From Eledone cirrhosa (taxonomy: Eukaryota): DNA of 64,000 bases. The stretch spans positions 7,130,001 through 7,194,000 of the forward strand of contig OZ024749.1 of NCBI GenBank assembly GCA_964016885.1, read 5' to 3'. The position numbers and the translations under genes were made by a program. The notes beneath the pieces were generated by a model. The model saw only the letters and a list, made by a program, of their open reading frames with translations. It searched no databases and was not told where the DNA came from. Below are positions 9,898-20,610 of the stretch, piece after piece; the stretch's first letter is position 1, and each line of letters starts with the position of its first letter.

Positions 9898-10450
9898 TTA
9901 ACCCTTTAGCATTTAAACTGGCCATATCTGGCCAGAATTCTCTTATCTCTTTCTGTTCAAACCAGCCATAACTGGCCACTCATAGTGATGTTAAGGTATT
10001 GTTCTCAAAATAAGTGATATCAAAATCCCTGTATTATAGTCTTTCCCAGGAAAATACAATAATACAGAGCGAGTCAAAATTATGTTAACACTAGTATGGG
10101 AGAAATCATTTATTCAGACTTTACTGAACAGCATCAACCTGGTCACCAGCATGATCAATACACAAAAACCAGCGATCAACAGCACAATTTAGTGCCTTGA
10201 CACACATTTGGCGGGAAATACTTGATATGACACCTTGTATTCTGTCCTTGAGTTCATCGATGTCTCTAACTTTTTTGCTATACACACGCTCCTTTACCAT
10301 GCCCCATAACCAGAAGTCACAGGGTGTCAGATCAGGGGAGTGTGCAGGCCATCCCAATGGTCCACCATGACCTATCCAACAATTTGGAAATGTTTGATCG
10401 AGAAAAGTGTTAACATAATTTTGACTCACCCTGTATATAGAGAGTAATAT
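9898..10450 (-). mobile_element. Family P TTAA MITE interrupted by a Tc1/mariner derivative
   Basis: TTAACCCTTTAGCATTTAAA terminus. MITE sequence resumes (TATAGAGAGTAAT) after 10435. Confidence 0.7.
10065..10433 (-). mobile_element. Internally deleted Tc1/mariner-superfamily transposon
   Basis: 28-bp TIRs CAG(A/G)G(C/T)GAGTCAAAATTATGTTAACACT with TA TSD. Encodes the transposase C-terminus WIGHGGPLGWPAHSPDLTPCDFWLWGMVK (third catalytic residue D). Confidence 0.92.
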
Positions 10451-10641
10451 GGTTGGTAACATTGGTACATTAGTAACATTACCTGGTCTAGGAATTGAAC
10501 TTGTCACATCATGATTGTAAATCCACTGAGCCAGGTGCTTATTTTGGGGCTGATAAAATACAAACCCAACACCAATTTTCCAGCACTCAACGTTTTCTGG
10601 CACACATTGGATTATGGATTATCTATTATGCCAGACTCTAT

Positions 10642-10806
10642 CAGGGTTTCCAAAACTTTTTCAAACTTGGAACCTGTTTGGCTCAGAACCTTTTAGGGGA
10701 CCCCAAAGTCCAATACTGTTATATGGTCGTAATATAAATATACTCCTCTACCTTTTTTCACGGAGCCCCCTGCACATATTTGCGGAACCCACTTTGGGAA
10801 CCACTG
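10642..10806. mobile_element. hAT-type MITE
   Basis: Termini CAGGGTTTCCAAAAC / CTTTGGGAACCACTG. 8-bp TSD GACTCTAT/GACTATAT. Confidence 0.75.
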
Positions 10807-11344
10807 GACTATATAATGATTAGAAATATATTACAAAGCCAGAAACACACTTTCCAACCGACAACTTAGGATCTCACCTCCCAAACTCCTGGCTTCAGCT
10901 TTATTTCAACTTCAGTTCTATTGCATAGCTTTCTTTCTGTGTTTGGACACATAATTCCTTGTGTGTCTTGTACACTTTAAACCTGGCAGAGTACAACATA
11001 TCTCCAGGTTGGAACACTGCTGATTTCTTTCAAGGAAATAGGGACAGTGGTAGAGAGGAAATGAGAAAGAGATATAGAGGAAGAATTGACCCCAGTAGCG
11101 GGCTGGTACATATTGACCTTGAAAAGATGAAAGACAAATTTAACCTCCGTGGGTTTTGAAGAAAGTAAAGGGAACCCACAGGAATGCCACAAAGCATTCT
11201 ATCGAAGGATCTAAAAGCTCTGCCAATTCTACACCTATCATCTAATGAATGTCACCAAATGATTTAACGAAAAACATGTTTAAAATTAAATCTACTGATA
11301 TATGGTAACCTCCAAATGTGAATTAACCTGTTTCTAACTTTGCT

Positions 11345-11382
11345 ACATACACACACATACATGTATATATATATATATATAC

Positions 11383-11450
<68 letters not shown>

Positions 11451-11462
11451 ATATATATATAT

Positions 11463-11502
<40 letters not shown>

Positions 11503-11574
11503 ATATATATATATATACACATACATGTATATATATATATATATACACATACATGTATATATATATATATATAC

Positions 11575-11608
<34 letters not shown>

Positions 11609-12142
11609 ACACGCATACATGTATATATATATATATACACACACATACATGTATATATATATATACACACATACATGTATATATATATATATATACACAC
11701 ATACATGTATATATATATATACACACATACATGTATATATATATATATATACACATACATGTATATATATATACACACATACATGTATATATATATACAC
11801 ACATACATGTATATATATATACACACATACATGTATATATATATACACACATACATGTATATATATATATACACATACATGTATATATATATATACACAT
11901 ACATGTATATATATATACACACATACATGTATATATATATACACACATACATGTATATATATATACACACATACATGTATATATATATACACACATACAT
12001 GTATATATATATACACACATACATGTATATATATATACACACATACATGTATATATATATACACACATACATGTATATATATATATACACACATGTATAT
12101 ATATATACACACACATGTATATATATATATACACACATACAT
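11345..12142. repeat. (TA)n-CACACATACATG mini/microsatellite (~22-30 bp units)
   Basis: Direct tandem array; continues on the other side of the LINE. Confidence 0.95.
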
Positions 12143-15100
12143 TAGGGATGGATGAGCTGGGAATACACGAGCAACTCTGAATCAATAGATGAAATATGAA
12201 TCTGCGAGCTACCAAGCACCCACGTGAAGCGCCAACCCAGAGACCCTCCCCTACGAGTGTCGACAAATGCCCAAAACTCCGAGTTGGTACCATCAATGTA
12301 GGCTCAATGAAAGGAAGAGCAGGAGAAATCGTAGAAATGCTAGAGCGAAAGGAAGTTGATGTATGCTGTGTGCAAGAGACTAGATGGAGAGGAGGGTCTG
12401 CTAGAGTCCTTGTAGGAAAAAGCCAGTGCTACAAATTTTTCTGGGTGGGAAATGACGATGGGATGGGTGGTGTAGGTATACTATTAGCTGACAAGTGGGT
12501 AGATAAAGTAATCTCAGTGTACAGGGTAAATGCAAGAATCATTAAACTCAGACTAGTCCTGAATAAGACAATTACCACAATAATATCAGCTTACGCACCC
12601 CAATCGGGGCTGCCAGACGAACTTAAGGATAGGTTTTACGAGTCCCTAATACACACTACTGCTCTAACAGACGACAAGGACTTCCTAATCATTGCAGGAG
12701 ATTTTAACGGACACGTAGGTAAACACTGCGACGGCTTCGATAGAGTACATGGAGGCCATGGAGTTGGCACAAGGAATGAGGAAGGATTCAGACTTCTAGA
12801 ATTCTGCGACGCCAATGACATGTCGATATGTAACACAAACTTTAAAAAACCCGACAACCACCTGATCACCTATAGATCAGGGGAGCACTCTAGTCAGTTA
12901 GATTTTATCCTCATCAGAGGACGTGACAGATGGACGGTCGTAAACACAAAAGCCTTCCCTAGTGAGGAATGTACATCCCAACATAGCTTAGTTGTCAGCG
13001 ACCTCACGGTCAGAACTAGACGAGCCCTGAAACAGAGGCCAACCTGGAGAAGAAAGATCTGGAAGCTGAAAGTCCCCTCAACCAGTAACAGATTTAAAGA
13101 TATTTTACTCAACGCCTACGACAGTAAAGAAGAACAGATAGAGACATTTAACGTAGAAGAGAACTGGGAGTTCCTAAAAAATAACTTACTAGAGGCGACG
13201 GATGAGGTTTGTGGCTGGAGTAAGACCTCAAGCAGGAGGAGAGTGACTTGGTGGTGGAACAATAAGGTAGATGAAGCAGTCAAGGCCAAGAGACAGGCAT
13301 GGAAAGAATGGAAGAACGGGGGGAGCAGGGTACATTACATAGAGACCAAGAGGGAAGCTAGGCGACAAGTATACTTAGCTAGGAGGGAAGCAGAGGATAG
13401 AAAATTCAAGCATGTTTTACAACGTGAGGACCAGAAACAGGAGGTATTCAAGATTGCGAGGCAGTGTGTCAGAGATAGTTGTGATGTCATTGGAGAGAAG
13501 TGTATCCGGAATGATAAAGGTGAGCTTGCCCTCACAAGTGCTGAGAAGAAAGATGCATGGAAGAGTCATTATGATAGATTACTAAATGAGGAGAATGCAT
13601 GGGAAGAAGAGACCCTACCCCACGTAGACCCTATAGAGGGACCAGCAGTACAAGTCAGCGGCAGCGTAGTAAGTAAGGCAATCAGAGATATGAAGATAGG
13701 GAAGGCAACCGGTCCATCGGGTATAGCTGCCGAGATGCTGAAGGCATCTGGGTCTGTAGGTCACACTATAACCACACGTATCGTTAACCAGGTAATACTA
13801 GAGGGGGCCATACCAAAAGATTGGTGCAGTAGCATCATTGTCAACTGCTACAAAGGTAAAGGCGATGCACTAGATAGAGGAAACTATAGAGGTATAAAGT
13901 TGATGGACCAGGTCATGAAAGTAACAGAAAGAGTTATAGCACAGCTGATTAGGGACCGGGTGAATATAGACGAGATGCAATTTGGGTTTGTTCCAGGGAA
14001 AGGCACCACTGATGCGCTCTTCCTTGTGAGGCAATTACAGGAAAAGTACCTAGCTAAAAGTAAGCCACTCTACTTGGCATTTGTCGACCTTGAGAAAGCC
14101 TTTGACAGAGTTCCACGTGCAGTAATCTGGTGGGCTCTTAGAAAACTAGGAGTAGATGAATGGCTTGTGAAAGCGGTACAAGCCATGTATAGGGGAGCAG
14201 TCAGCAAAGTTAGGATTGGCAATGAGTATAGCGAGGAATTTAGCGTACAGGTTGGGGTCCACCAGGGCTCTGTTCTTAGCCCTCTCCTGTTCATCATAGT
14301 CCTGCAGGCAATAACGGAGGAGTTTAAGACCGGATGCCCATGGGAACTCCTGTATGCTGATGACCTCGCACTCATAGCTGAATCTATGGTAGAACTAGAG
14401 AATAAATTCCAAACCTGGAAGCAGGGACTAGAGAGAAAGGGCCTCAAAGTCAACATGACAAAGACTAAGGTCCTTATAAGTAGACGAGAAAACAGAACCC
14501 AGATCCCCTCAGGGAAATGGCCTTGCTCAGTATGTAGGAAAGGTGTAGGTAGGAACTCCATTCTTTGCCCCAAATGCAAACAATGGGTACACAAGAGATG
14601 TAGCGGGATCTCAGGAAGCTTAATTAAGAATGTAGGATTCACATGCAGCAGCTGTGCTGAAACAGCAAGCAAACAGCCACAGGAAACAAGTACCACCAAT
14701 CTCTGGGAGGGCCCTGTAGAAACAGTAGACAGCTTCTGCTACCTAGGTGACCGAATTAGCAACGGAGGTGGGTGCTCAGAAAGTACAATAACTAGGGTAA
14801 GAACGGGATGGAAGAAGTTTAGGGAACTACTACCACTGCTAGCTGCAAAAGGCTTCTCCCTCAGAATGAAAGGCAGACTGTATGATGCGTGTATCCGAAC
14901 AGCGATGTTGCATGGTAGTGAGACCTGGGCGCTGAAGGTGGAAGACTTACGTAGATTAGAGAGAAACGAAGCCTGCATGCTCCGATGGATGTGTAACAGT
15001 AATATACGTGAACGACAAAGCATAAATGAATTGAGAGAGAGACTGAGCATAAGAGGAATCAAATGCTGCGTGCAGGAGAGGCGGTTACGCTGGTATGGAC

Positions 15101-15621
15101 ATGTGATGCGTATGAAGGATGACAGCTGCATAAAAAGGTGCAGAGCACTAGAAGTTGATGGAAACCGCGGAGTGGGGAGACCCAAGATGACTTGGGATGA
15201 GGTGATAAAAGCCGACCTTACCCAACTACACCTCTCAAAGTCAATGACACACGACCGTGACTTCTGGCGTCACGCAGTAATACAGGGTACCCGACCTCCC
15301 ATGGGTACATGCTGAAGCATATAAACGATATGCCCCCCCCCCCCCCACCGCAAGGTGGTCGTGGAGGTGCCACGGCAAAACAGCACCCAGCCCACACTGT
15401 AAAGTGGACGTGTAGGCGCCACGAAAAAGCACCCAGCACTCACTGTAAATGAGGTTGGTGTTAGGAAGGGCATCCAGCTGTAGAAATCAAGCCAGATCAG
15501 TTCCTGTATGAGCAAGGCATGGTCAGCCGACCAGACACTGCCCACAACAGGACAACCCGTCTAACCCATGCTAGCGTGGAAGAACGGACGTAAAACGGTG
15601 ATGATGATGATGATGATGATG
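12143..15621 (+). mobile_element. Near-full-length RTE-clade LINE
   Basis: Single long ORF, ~300-nt 3' UTR with internal ~48-bp repeats, (GAT)n tail. Inserted within the minisatellite. Confidence 0.95.
12196..15315 (+). CDS. RTE LINE protein: APE endonuclease + reverse transcriptase with embedded PHD-type zinc finger
   Basis: APE motifs VGTINV, VQETRW, SAYAP, GDFNGH, LDFIL, SQHSLV. RT motifs [33 protein letters not shown] (14353-14364), FCYLG. RTE C-terminus [15 protein letters not shown]. Uninterrupted 1039 aa. Confidence 0.95.
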   Translation: MNLRATKHPREAPTQRPSPTSVDKCPKLRVGTINVGSMKGRAGEIVEMLERKEVDVCCVQETRWRGGSARVLVGKSQCYKFFWVGNDDGMGGVGILLADKWVDKVISVYRVNARIIKLRLVLNKTITTIISAYAPQSGLPDELKDRFYESLIHTTALTDDKDFLIIAGDFNGHVGKHCDGFDRVHGGHGVGTRNEEGFRLLEFCDANDMSICNTNFKKPDNHLITYRSGEHSSQLDFILIRGRDRWTVVNTKAFPSEECTSQHSLVVSDLTVRTRRALKQRPTWRRKIWKLKVPSTSNRFKDILLNAYDSKEEQIETFNVEENWEFLKNNLLEATDEVCGWSKTSSRRRVTWWWNNKVDEAVKAKRQAWKEWKNGGSRVHYIETKREARRQVYLARREAEDRKFKHVLQREDQKQEVFKIARQCVRDSCDVIGEKCIRNDKGELALTSAEKKDAWKSHYDRLLNEENAWEEETLPHVDPIEGPAVQVSGSVVSKAIRDMKIGKATGPSGIAAEMLKASGSVGHTITTRIVNQVILEGAIPKDWCSSIIVNCYKGKGDALDRGNYRGIKLMDQVMKVTERVIAQLIRDRVNIDEMQFGFVPGKGTTDALFLVRQLQEKYLAKSKPLYLAFVDLEKAFDRVPRAVIWWALRKLGVDEWLVKAVQAMYRGAVSKVRIGNEYSEEFSVQVGVHQGSVLSPLLFIIVLQAITEEFKTGCPWELLYADDLALIAESMVELENKFQTWKQGLERKGLKVNMTKTKVLISRRENRTQIPSGKWPCSVCRKGVGRNSILCPKCKQWVHKRCSGISGSLIKNVGFTCSSCAETASKQPQETSTTNLWEGPVETVDSFCYLGDRISNGGGCSESTITRVRTGWKKFRELLPLLAAKGFSLRMKGRLYDACIRTAMLHGSETWALKVEDLRRLERNEACMLRWMCNSNIRERQSINELRERLSIRGIKCCVQERRLRWYGHVMRMKDDSCIKRCRALEVDGNRGVGRPKMTWDEVIKADLTQLHLSKSMTHDRDFWRHAVIQGTRPPMGTC

Positions 15622-15773
15622 ACATGTATATATATATACACGCATACATGTATATATATATACATGCATACATGTATATATATATTCATGCATACATGTA
15701 TATATATATTCATGCATACATGTATATATATATACACGCATACATATATATATCTATATAAACACACATACAC

Positions 15774-15814
<41 letters not shown>

Positions 15815-15837
15815 TGTATATATATATACACACACAC

Positions 15838-15880
<43 letters not shown>

Positions 15881-16050
15881 TGTATATATATATATACACA
15901 CACATACATGTATATATATATACACACACATACATGTATATATATATACACACACATACATGTATATATATAAACACACACATACTTGTATATATATACA
16001 CACACATACATGTATATATACATACATACATGTATATTTAAACACATACA

Positions 16051-16094
<44 letters not shown>

Positions 16095-16264
16095 TACAGG
16101 TATATATATACACATAGATGTATATATATATATACACACACACATACATATATATACATATACATATATACACACACACACATCTACATACACACACACA
16201 TATAGATATATATATATATATATATATATATACATGCACATAGATAACATACATAACCATGCTC

Positions 16265-16298
<34 letters not shown>
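15622..16298. repeat. (TA)n/(CA)n/CATG microsatellite array
   Basis: Same unit type as 11345-12142. Confidence 0.9.
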
Positions 16299-16302
<4 letters not shown>

Positions 16303-16343
16303 GAGAGTAAAACAAAGAATCCTTTAATACATCAAAAGTTTTT

Positions 16344-16388
16344 ATTAGCCGACAATGTTTCGTCCTATTAAGGACTCATCAGGGCAAT
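16344..16388 (-). ncRNA. Canonical minimal hammerhead ribozyme (family H7)
   Basis: Minus: ATTGCC CTGATGA GTCCT-TAAT-AGGAC GAAA C-ATT-G TC GGCtAAT. Perfect core, GUC triplet. Lies in a ~145-bp island (16299-16443) between (TA)n runs. Confidence 0.85.
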
Positions 16389-16677
16389 CAAAACAACAAG
16401 AGAGAGGGTGTTTGACTCAAACACGCTCCAGTATTCTAATCCTTATATATATATATATATGATACACATAAATATGTATATATATATATAGATACACATA
16501 AATATGTATATATATATAAACATACATACACACGTAAACAAGCAGGGAAAAAGTGGACGTAAAATGGAAATGAAAAAAAAAATGAAAAAAAAAAAATATA
16601 TATATATATATAAACATACATACACACGTAAACAAGTATATATATATATATATAAACATACATACACACGTAAACAA

Positions 16678-16711
<34 letters not shown>

Positions 16712-16771
16712 ATACATACATACACACACACACATATTTATGTAATGAATAACAACAGTGTATGTTGGTGT

Positions 16772-17017
16772 ACTTTCGGAAACATTTTTTCACGCTCAGA
16801 GTTGCTGAAGCATGGAACAAACTACCTGCATCAGTTGTTAGCTGTCGAGACACTGCATCCTTTAAAGCCTCCATGCTTCCCGATATCCGCCAACACTACA
16901 GCTAACACATACACACATGTACTTCCCTGACATTTGTCTATTATTCTATGTACTATACATACACCTTAGACGAGTTGTAGTGCACCTGAGCACTTTACAC
17001 AATAATTTCATTATTAT

Positions 17018-17020
<3 letters not shown>
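16772..17020 (+). mobile_element. 3' end of CR1/L2-like LINE
   Basis: Translates FRKHFFTLRVAEAWNKLPASVVSCRDTASFKASM (R..FF..RV...WN.LP motif). (ATT)n tail. Second copy at 59540-59812. Confidence 0.8.
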
Positions 17021-17063
<43 letters not shown>

Positions 17064-17498
17064 CATATATATATGCAAGGAATAACAATAGTTAAATTCA
17101 ATTTACTGTACCACCTCAAGGGTATTCTCTAACATGTCAGCATTCTTCACCATTTAAACCTAGGAGACATACGTTATTGTTAACTTAAGAACATATTCTA
17201 TGACTTAATAGGAATTCTATATTTCAATTTTAAGAGGAAATTATAATTGCTTAGAATTATATGTAAAATATACACTCACACACAAGTGTGTGTGTGCGTG
17301 TGTGTGTGTGTGAATGTGTATGTATGTACGTACGTACATATGAATGAGTGTATGTATGTGTGTGTATATATATATGTGTGTGTGTGTGTGAGTATGAATT
17401 TATGTGTGTGTGTATATACAGACATATCTATACATACATATATAATTATTATCACAAGTATTATATATATATTTTACCTTTTTACTACCACCACCACC

Positions 17499-17530
<32 letters not shown>

Positions 17531-18081
17531 AAATAATAACAACAATAACAATAGCAATTTGCATATTCCAAAGTTCGTTATCTATATACATTACTACTTT
17601 TAATTAAATGTTTAGCTTCTTGAAAGTAATTGTAACAAAAGAAAAACTGAGATAAATACAGAAACTCATGCCTGGTTCTCACTCTAACAAATATTATTAT
17701 TTCCATTTTTAAATTAATTTAATCTAATAAATATTTTATTTATTACTATGTTTTGGGGATTTTGTTTCCTATTTTACACTTCAAAATACTTCCAGTTAAA
17801 AATGTTTGAATATGTGGTTAATTTCCAGTTAACAACAGCTAAAGGTGCTAACCTAAATGGTTTTAATTGATTCAAACTAGATGAAACCTAAGTTTATATT
17901 GTTTAATACAGTCATGGGCAACAGTTTTCCAGTAGTGGGTCACATAGGATGTGGCACATCATAAGGTGAGCCATGAAATTAGGTGTGCCATTCAGAAAGA
18001 CATGGGTTGAATGCAGCTCATGGGCTGCAGACGATGCTTTAAAAGGACTGGTTAAAAAACACATTATGGTGTTTTCGCGGT

Positions 18082-18266
18082 AAAGGCAGTATCGGTAGAG
18101 AGTCGGATGCCATGCTTTGACGCATAGAGTTACGGCCCTTTCCATTCCGAGTTCAAATCCCGCCAAGATTAACTTTGCCTTTCATCCTTATGGGGTCGAT
18201 AAAATAAAGTACCAGTAATGCACTGGGGTAATTGCTGGCCTTGTGGCAAAAGTAGAAACAATTATT
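18082..18266 (+). mobile_element. SINE family A (tRNA-derived)
   Basis: GGCAGTATCGGTAGAG A-box region, GAGTTCAAATCC B box, conserved core, AGTAGAAACAATTATT end. Confidence 0.8.
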
Positions 18267-18359
18267 TCGAGAACAATACCATAACGTCGGTAAGAGCAGC
18301 CAGTTACAGCCGGTTTGAACAGAAAAAGTGAGCGAATTCTGGCCAGACACAGCTAACAT

Positions 18360-18568
18360 TTCAACCCCTTAGCATTTACATTACTCTATATTTACTATTG
18401 TATTTTTATAGTAAAGGCTGTATCTCACATAATATTGAATCTGAGATTTTGGTATTTATTTTGAGAACAATACCTTACCATCAGTATGAGCAGCTGGTTA
18501 TAGCTGGTTTGAACAGAAAGAGGTGAGAGAATTCTGAATGGATTTGGCCAGTTTAAATCCTAAAGGGA
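18360..18568 (+). mobile_element. Family P MITE (plus a partial copy at 18266-18357)
   Basis: CCCCTTAGCATTTACATTACTC ... TTTAAATCCTAAAGGG. Confidence 0.7.
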
Positions 18569-19204
18569 ATTCCCTGATTTGTGGTATTTTTCAACAATGT
18601 GATTTCAAGATGATTTTGTTTAGTATTTTGTGTTTTATCTTTGAGATGTAGTTAACTATTGTTAACTAGTAGCACTACACACATTTACCTGCAGGTTTCA
18701 CAGTCCATTGACCTTTACTATCCATTTAAATGGGACATTCTCTAAAACTGAACACAACTGATTACTTCCAGAGAGAAAGGAGAGAGTGGGAGAGAGGGAG
18801 AGGGGGAGGGAGGGAGAGAGGATATAGAGAGAGGGAGAGAGAGTGGGTGAGAGAGTGGGAGAGAGGAGAGAGAGTGGGTGAGAGAGTGGGAGAGAGGAGA
18901 GAGAGTGGGTGAGAGAGTGGGAGAGAGGAGATAGAGAGTGGGAGAGGGGAGATAGAGAGGGAAAGAGAGGGAAAAAGAGTGGGAGAGAGGAGAAAGAGGG
19001 AAAGAGAGAATGAGTTCTAGTACTGGATTGGTACTTTTTTCTGTTAATGCTCATGAAAAAATGGTGAGAGTCCAGAGTTGACTTCAGTGGTTTATGAATT
19101 CAAGAGGGCAGAGAACCAGATCAAATTCTGTAAAGCATTCATTCTAGCATCCTAACTCTGCCAGTTCATTGTTCTGGCTTTGACAGTCAAATTATGATTG
19201 TTTA

Positions 19205-19414
19205 GCCCTTTAATGTTCAAACCGGCCAAAACCGGCCAGAATTCTCTACCTTTTTCTCATTGAAACTGGCTGTAACTAGTCACTTAAACTGATGTTAAGG
19301 TATTGTTCTCACAATAAATACTTTCAAAATTATGTGAGATAATTATGCGAGGTAAAGCCTTTACCATGAAAATACAATAGTAAATATAGAGCAATGTGAA
19401 TGCTAAAGGGTTAA
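19205..19414 (-). mobile_element. Family P MITE
   Basis: Ends GAATGCTAAAGGG|TTAA. Body is the reverse complement of family P. Confidence 0.7.
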
Positions 19415-19919
19415 GGGAATGCCAGTCCAATGCAAGTTAGAAATAAAAGAGTTTTACTTTATTTTAGTTTTTACTTCTATATTTCAAGCTTGCATTGTAC
19501 TCACATTCCCCAAACAATCTTAACCACATATTTCACAATACTTCATATAATATATACTATAAAGTGAGAATAATTACAGACAGAGCATGGCTACTTCTAA
19601 GAACAAGCCATTAAAGTCAAACTTGTAGACGTTTAGCATGTAATAACTGCATATACAGATGTATAGATATAGAAATATATGTTACGAGGGCATAGAACGT
19701 AAAACATACAGATCCACAGATACAAGGCCAGCCCTGCCTGCACACATACACACATGCAGACAGGTGTGTATAATCATACACTATCCTGTCATCTTTATTG
19801 TGTTACCATGTATATACACTAGCATGTGTTAGACAGGCTGTTAAAGACCAAATCAGTAACTATTAGAACTATCATTTATGTATGATAGTTCTAATTAGTT
19901 AGCTGATTGCTAATTACTA

Positions 19920-20230
19920 TATCATCATTATTTTTGTCACCACCACCATCGTCGTCGTCGTCGTCGTCATCATCACCATCATTGTCACCATCATCATCGC
20001 CATCACCATCATTGTCACCATCATCATCGTCATCACCATCATTGTCACCATCATCGTCATCATCATCATCATCATTGTCACCATCTTCGTCACCATCGCT
20101 ATCGCTATCATGATCATGATCATCATCCTCATCGCTAACATCATCAGCACCATTGTCACCATCATCACCACATTTCGCCATTGCTATCATCGTCATTGAC
20201 ATCATCATCTTCAGCATCATCATCATCATC
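19920..20230. repeat. (CAT/CAC/CGT)n trinucleotide low-complexity tract
   Basis: Direct inspection. Confidence 0.85.
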
Positions 20231-20334
20231 TAATGCCTATTTTCCATGCTTGCATCAGTTAGACAGGCTGTCATGTCATGTGACCATGTCTTGCTAGTGG
20301 TGGTTGTGGTGTGGATGCAGGTCTCTCTCAAGCC

Positions 20335-20594
20335 AGGAGGCTCGTTAGACTGGTACTTATCCCGTGTGAAGTGACTGGGAGTACAAGACTCCCTCCTGGA
20401 TAGGACACCAGTCCATTGCAGGGTTAAACCCCCACCTATTGCTAGTACTCATTTTCAGCTGAGTATACTGAAGCAACGTGAAATGAAGTGTTTTGTTCAA
20501 GAACACAACACGCAATCCAGCCCAAGATTATGATTATAAACCCAACAACATTATGATTATAAACCCAACAACCGTACCACAAGGCCAAGCGCCT
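20335..20594 (-). mobile_element. Diverged tRNA/CORE-like SINE
   Basis: Minus strand: GGCGCTTGGCCTTGTGGT head, TTCTTGAACAAAACACTTCATTTCACGTTGCT core. Similar copy at 39085-39295. Confidence 0.65.
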
Positions 20595-20610
20595 GTACTG
20601 ATGCAGGAGA

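Noticed and set aside
11264-12296. Long YI/HT/CV-rich ORFs (also 15561-16874, 50193-50610, 56761-57139, 60856-62901)
   Set aside because: Stop-free translations of (TA)/(CA)/(GT) microsatellites, open in several frames on both strands.
12636-15545. Antisense ORFs over the LINE
   Set aside because: Shadow frames of the RT ORF and 3' UTR with no independent motifs.
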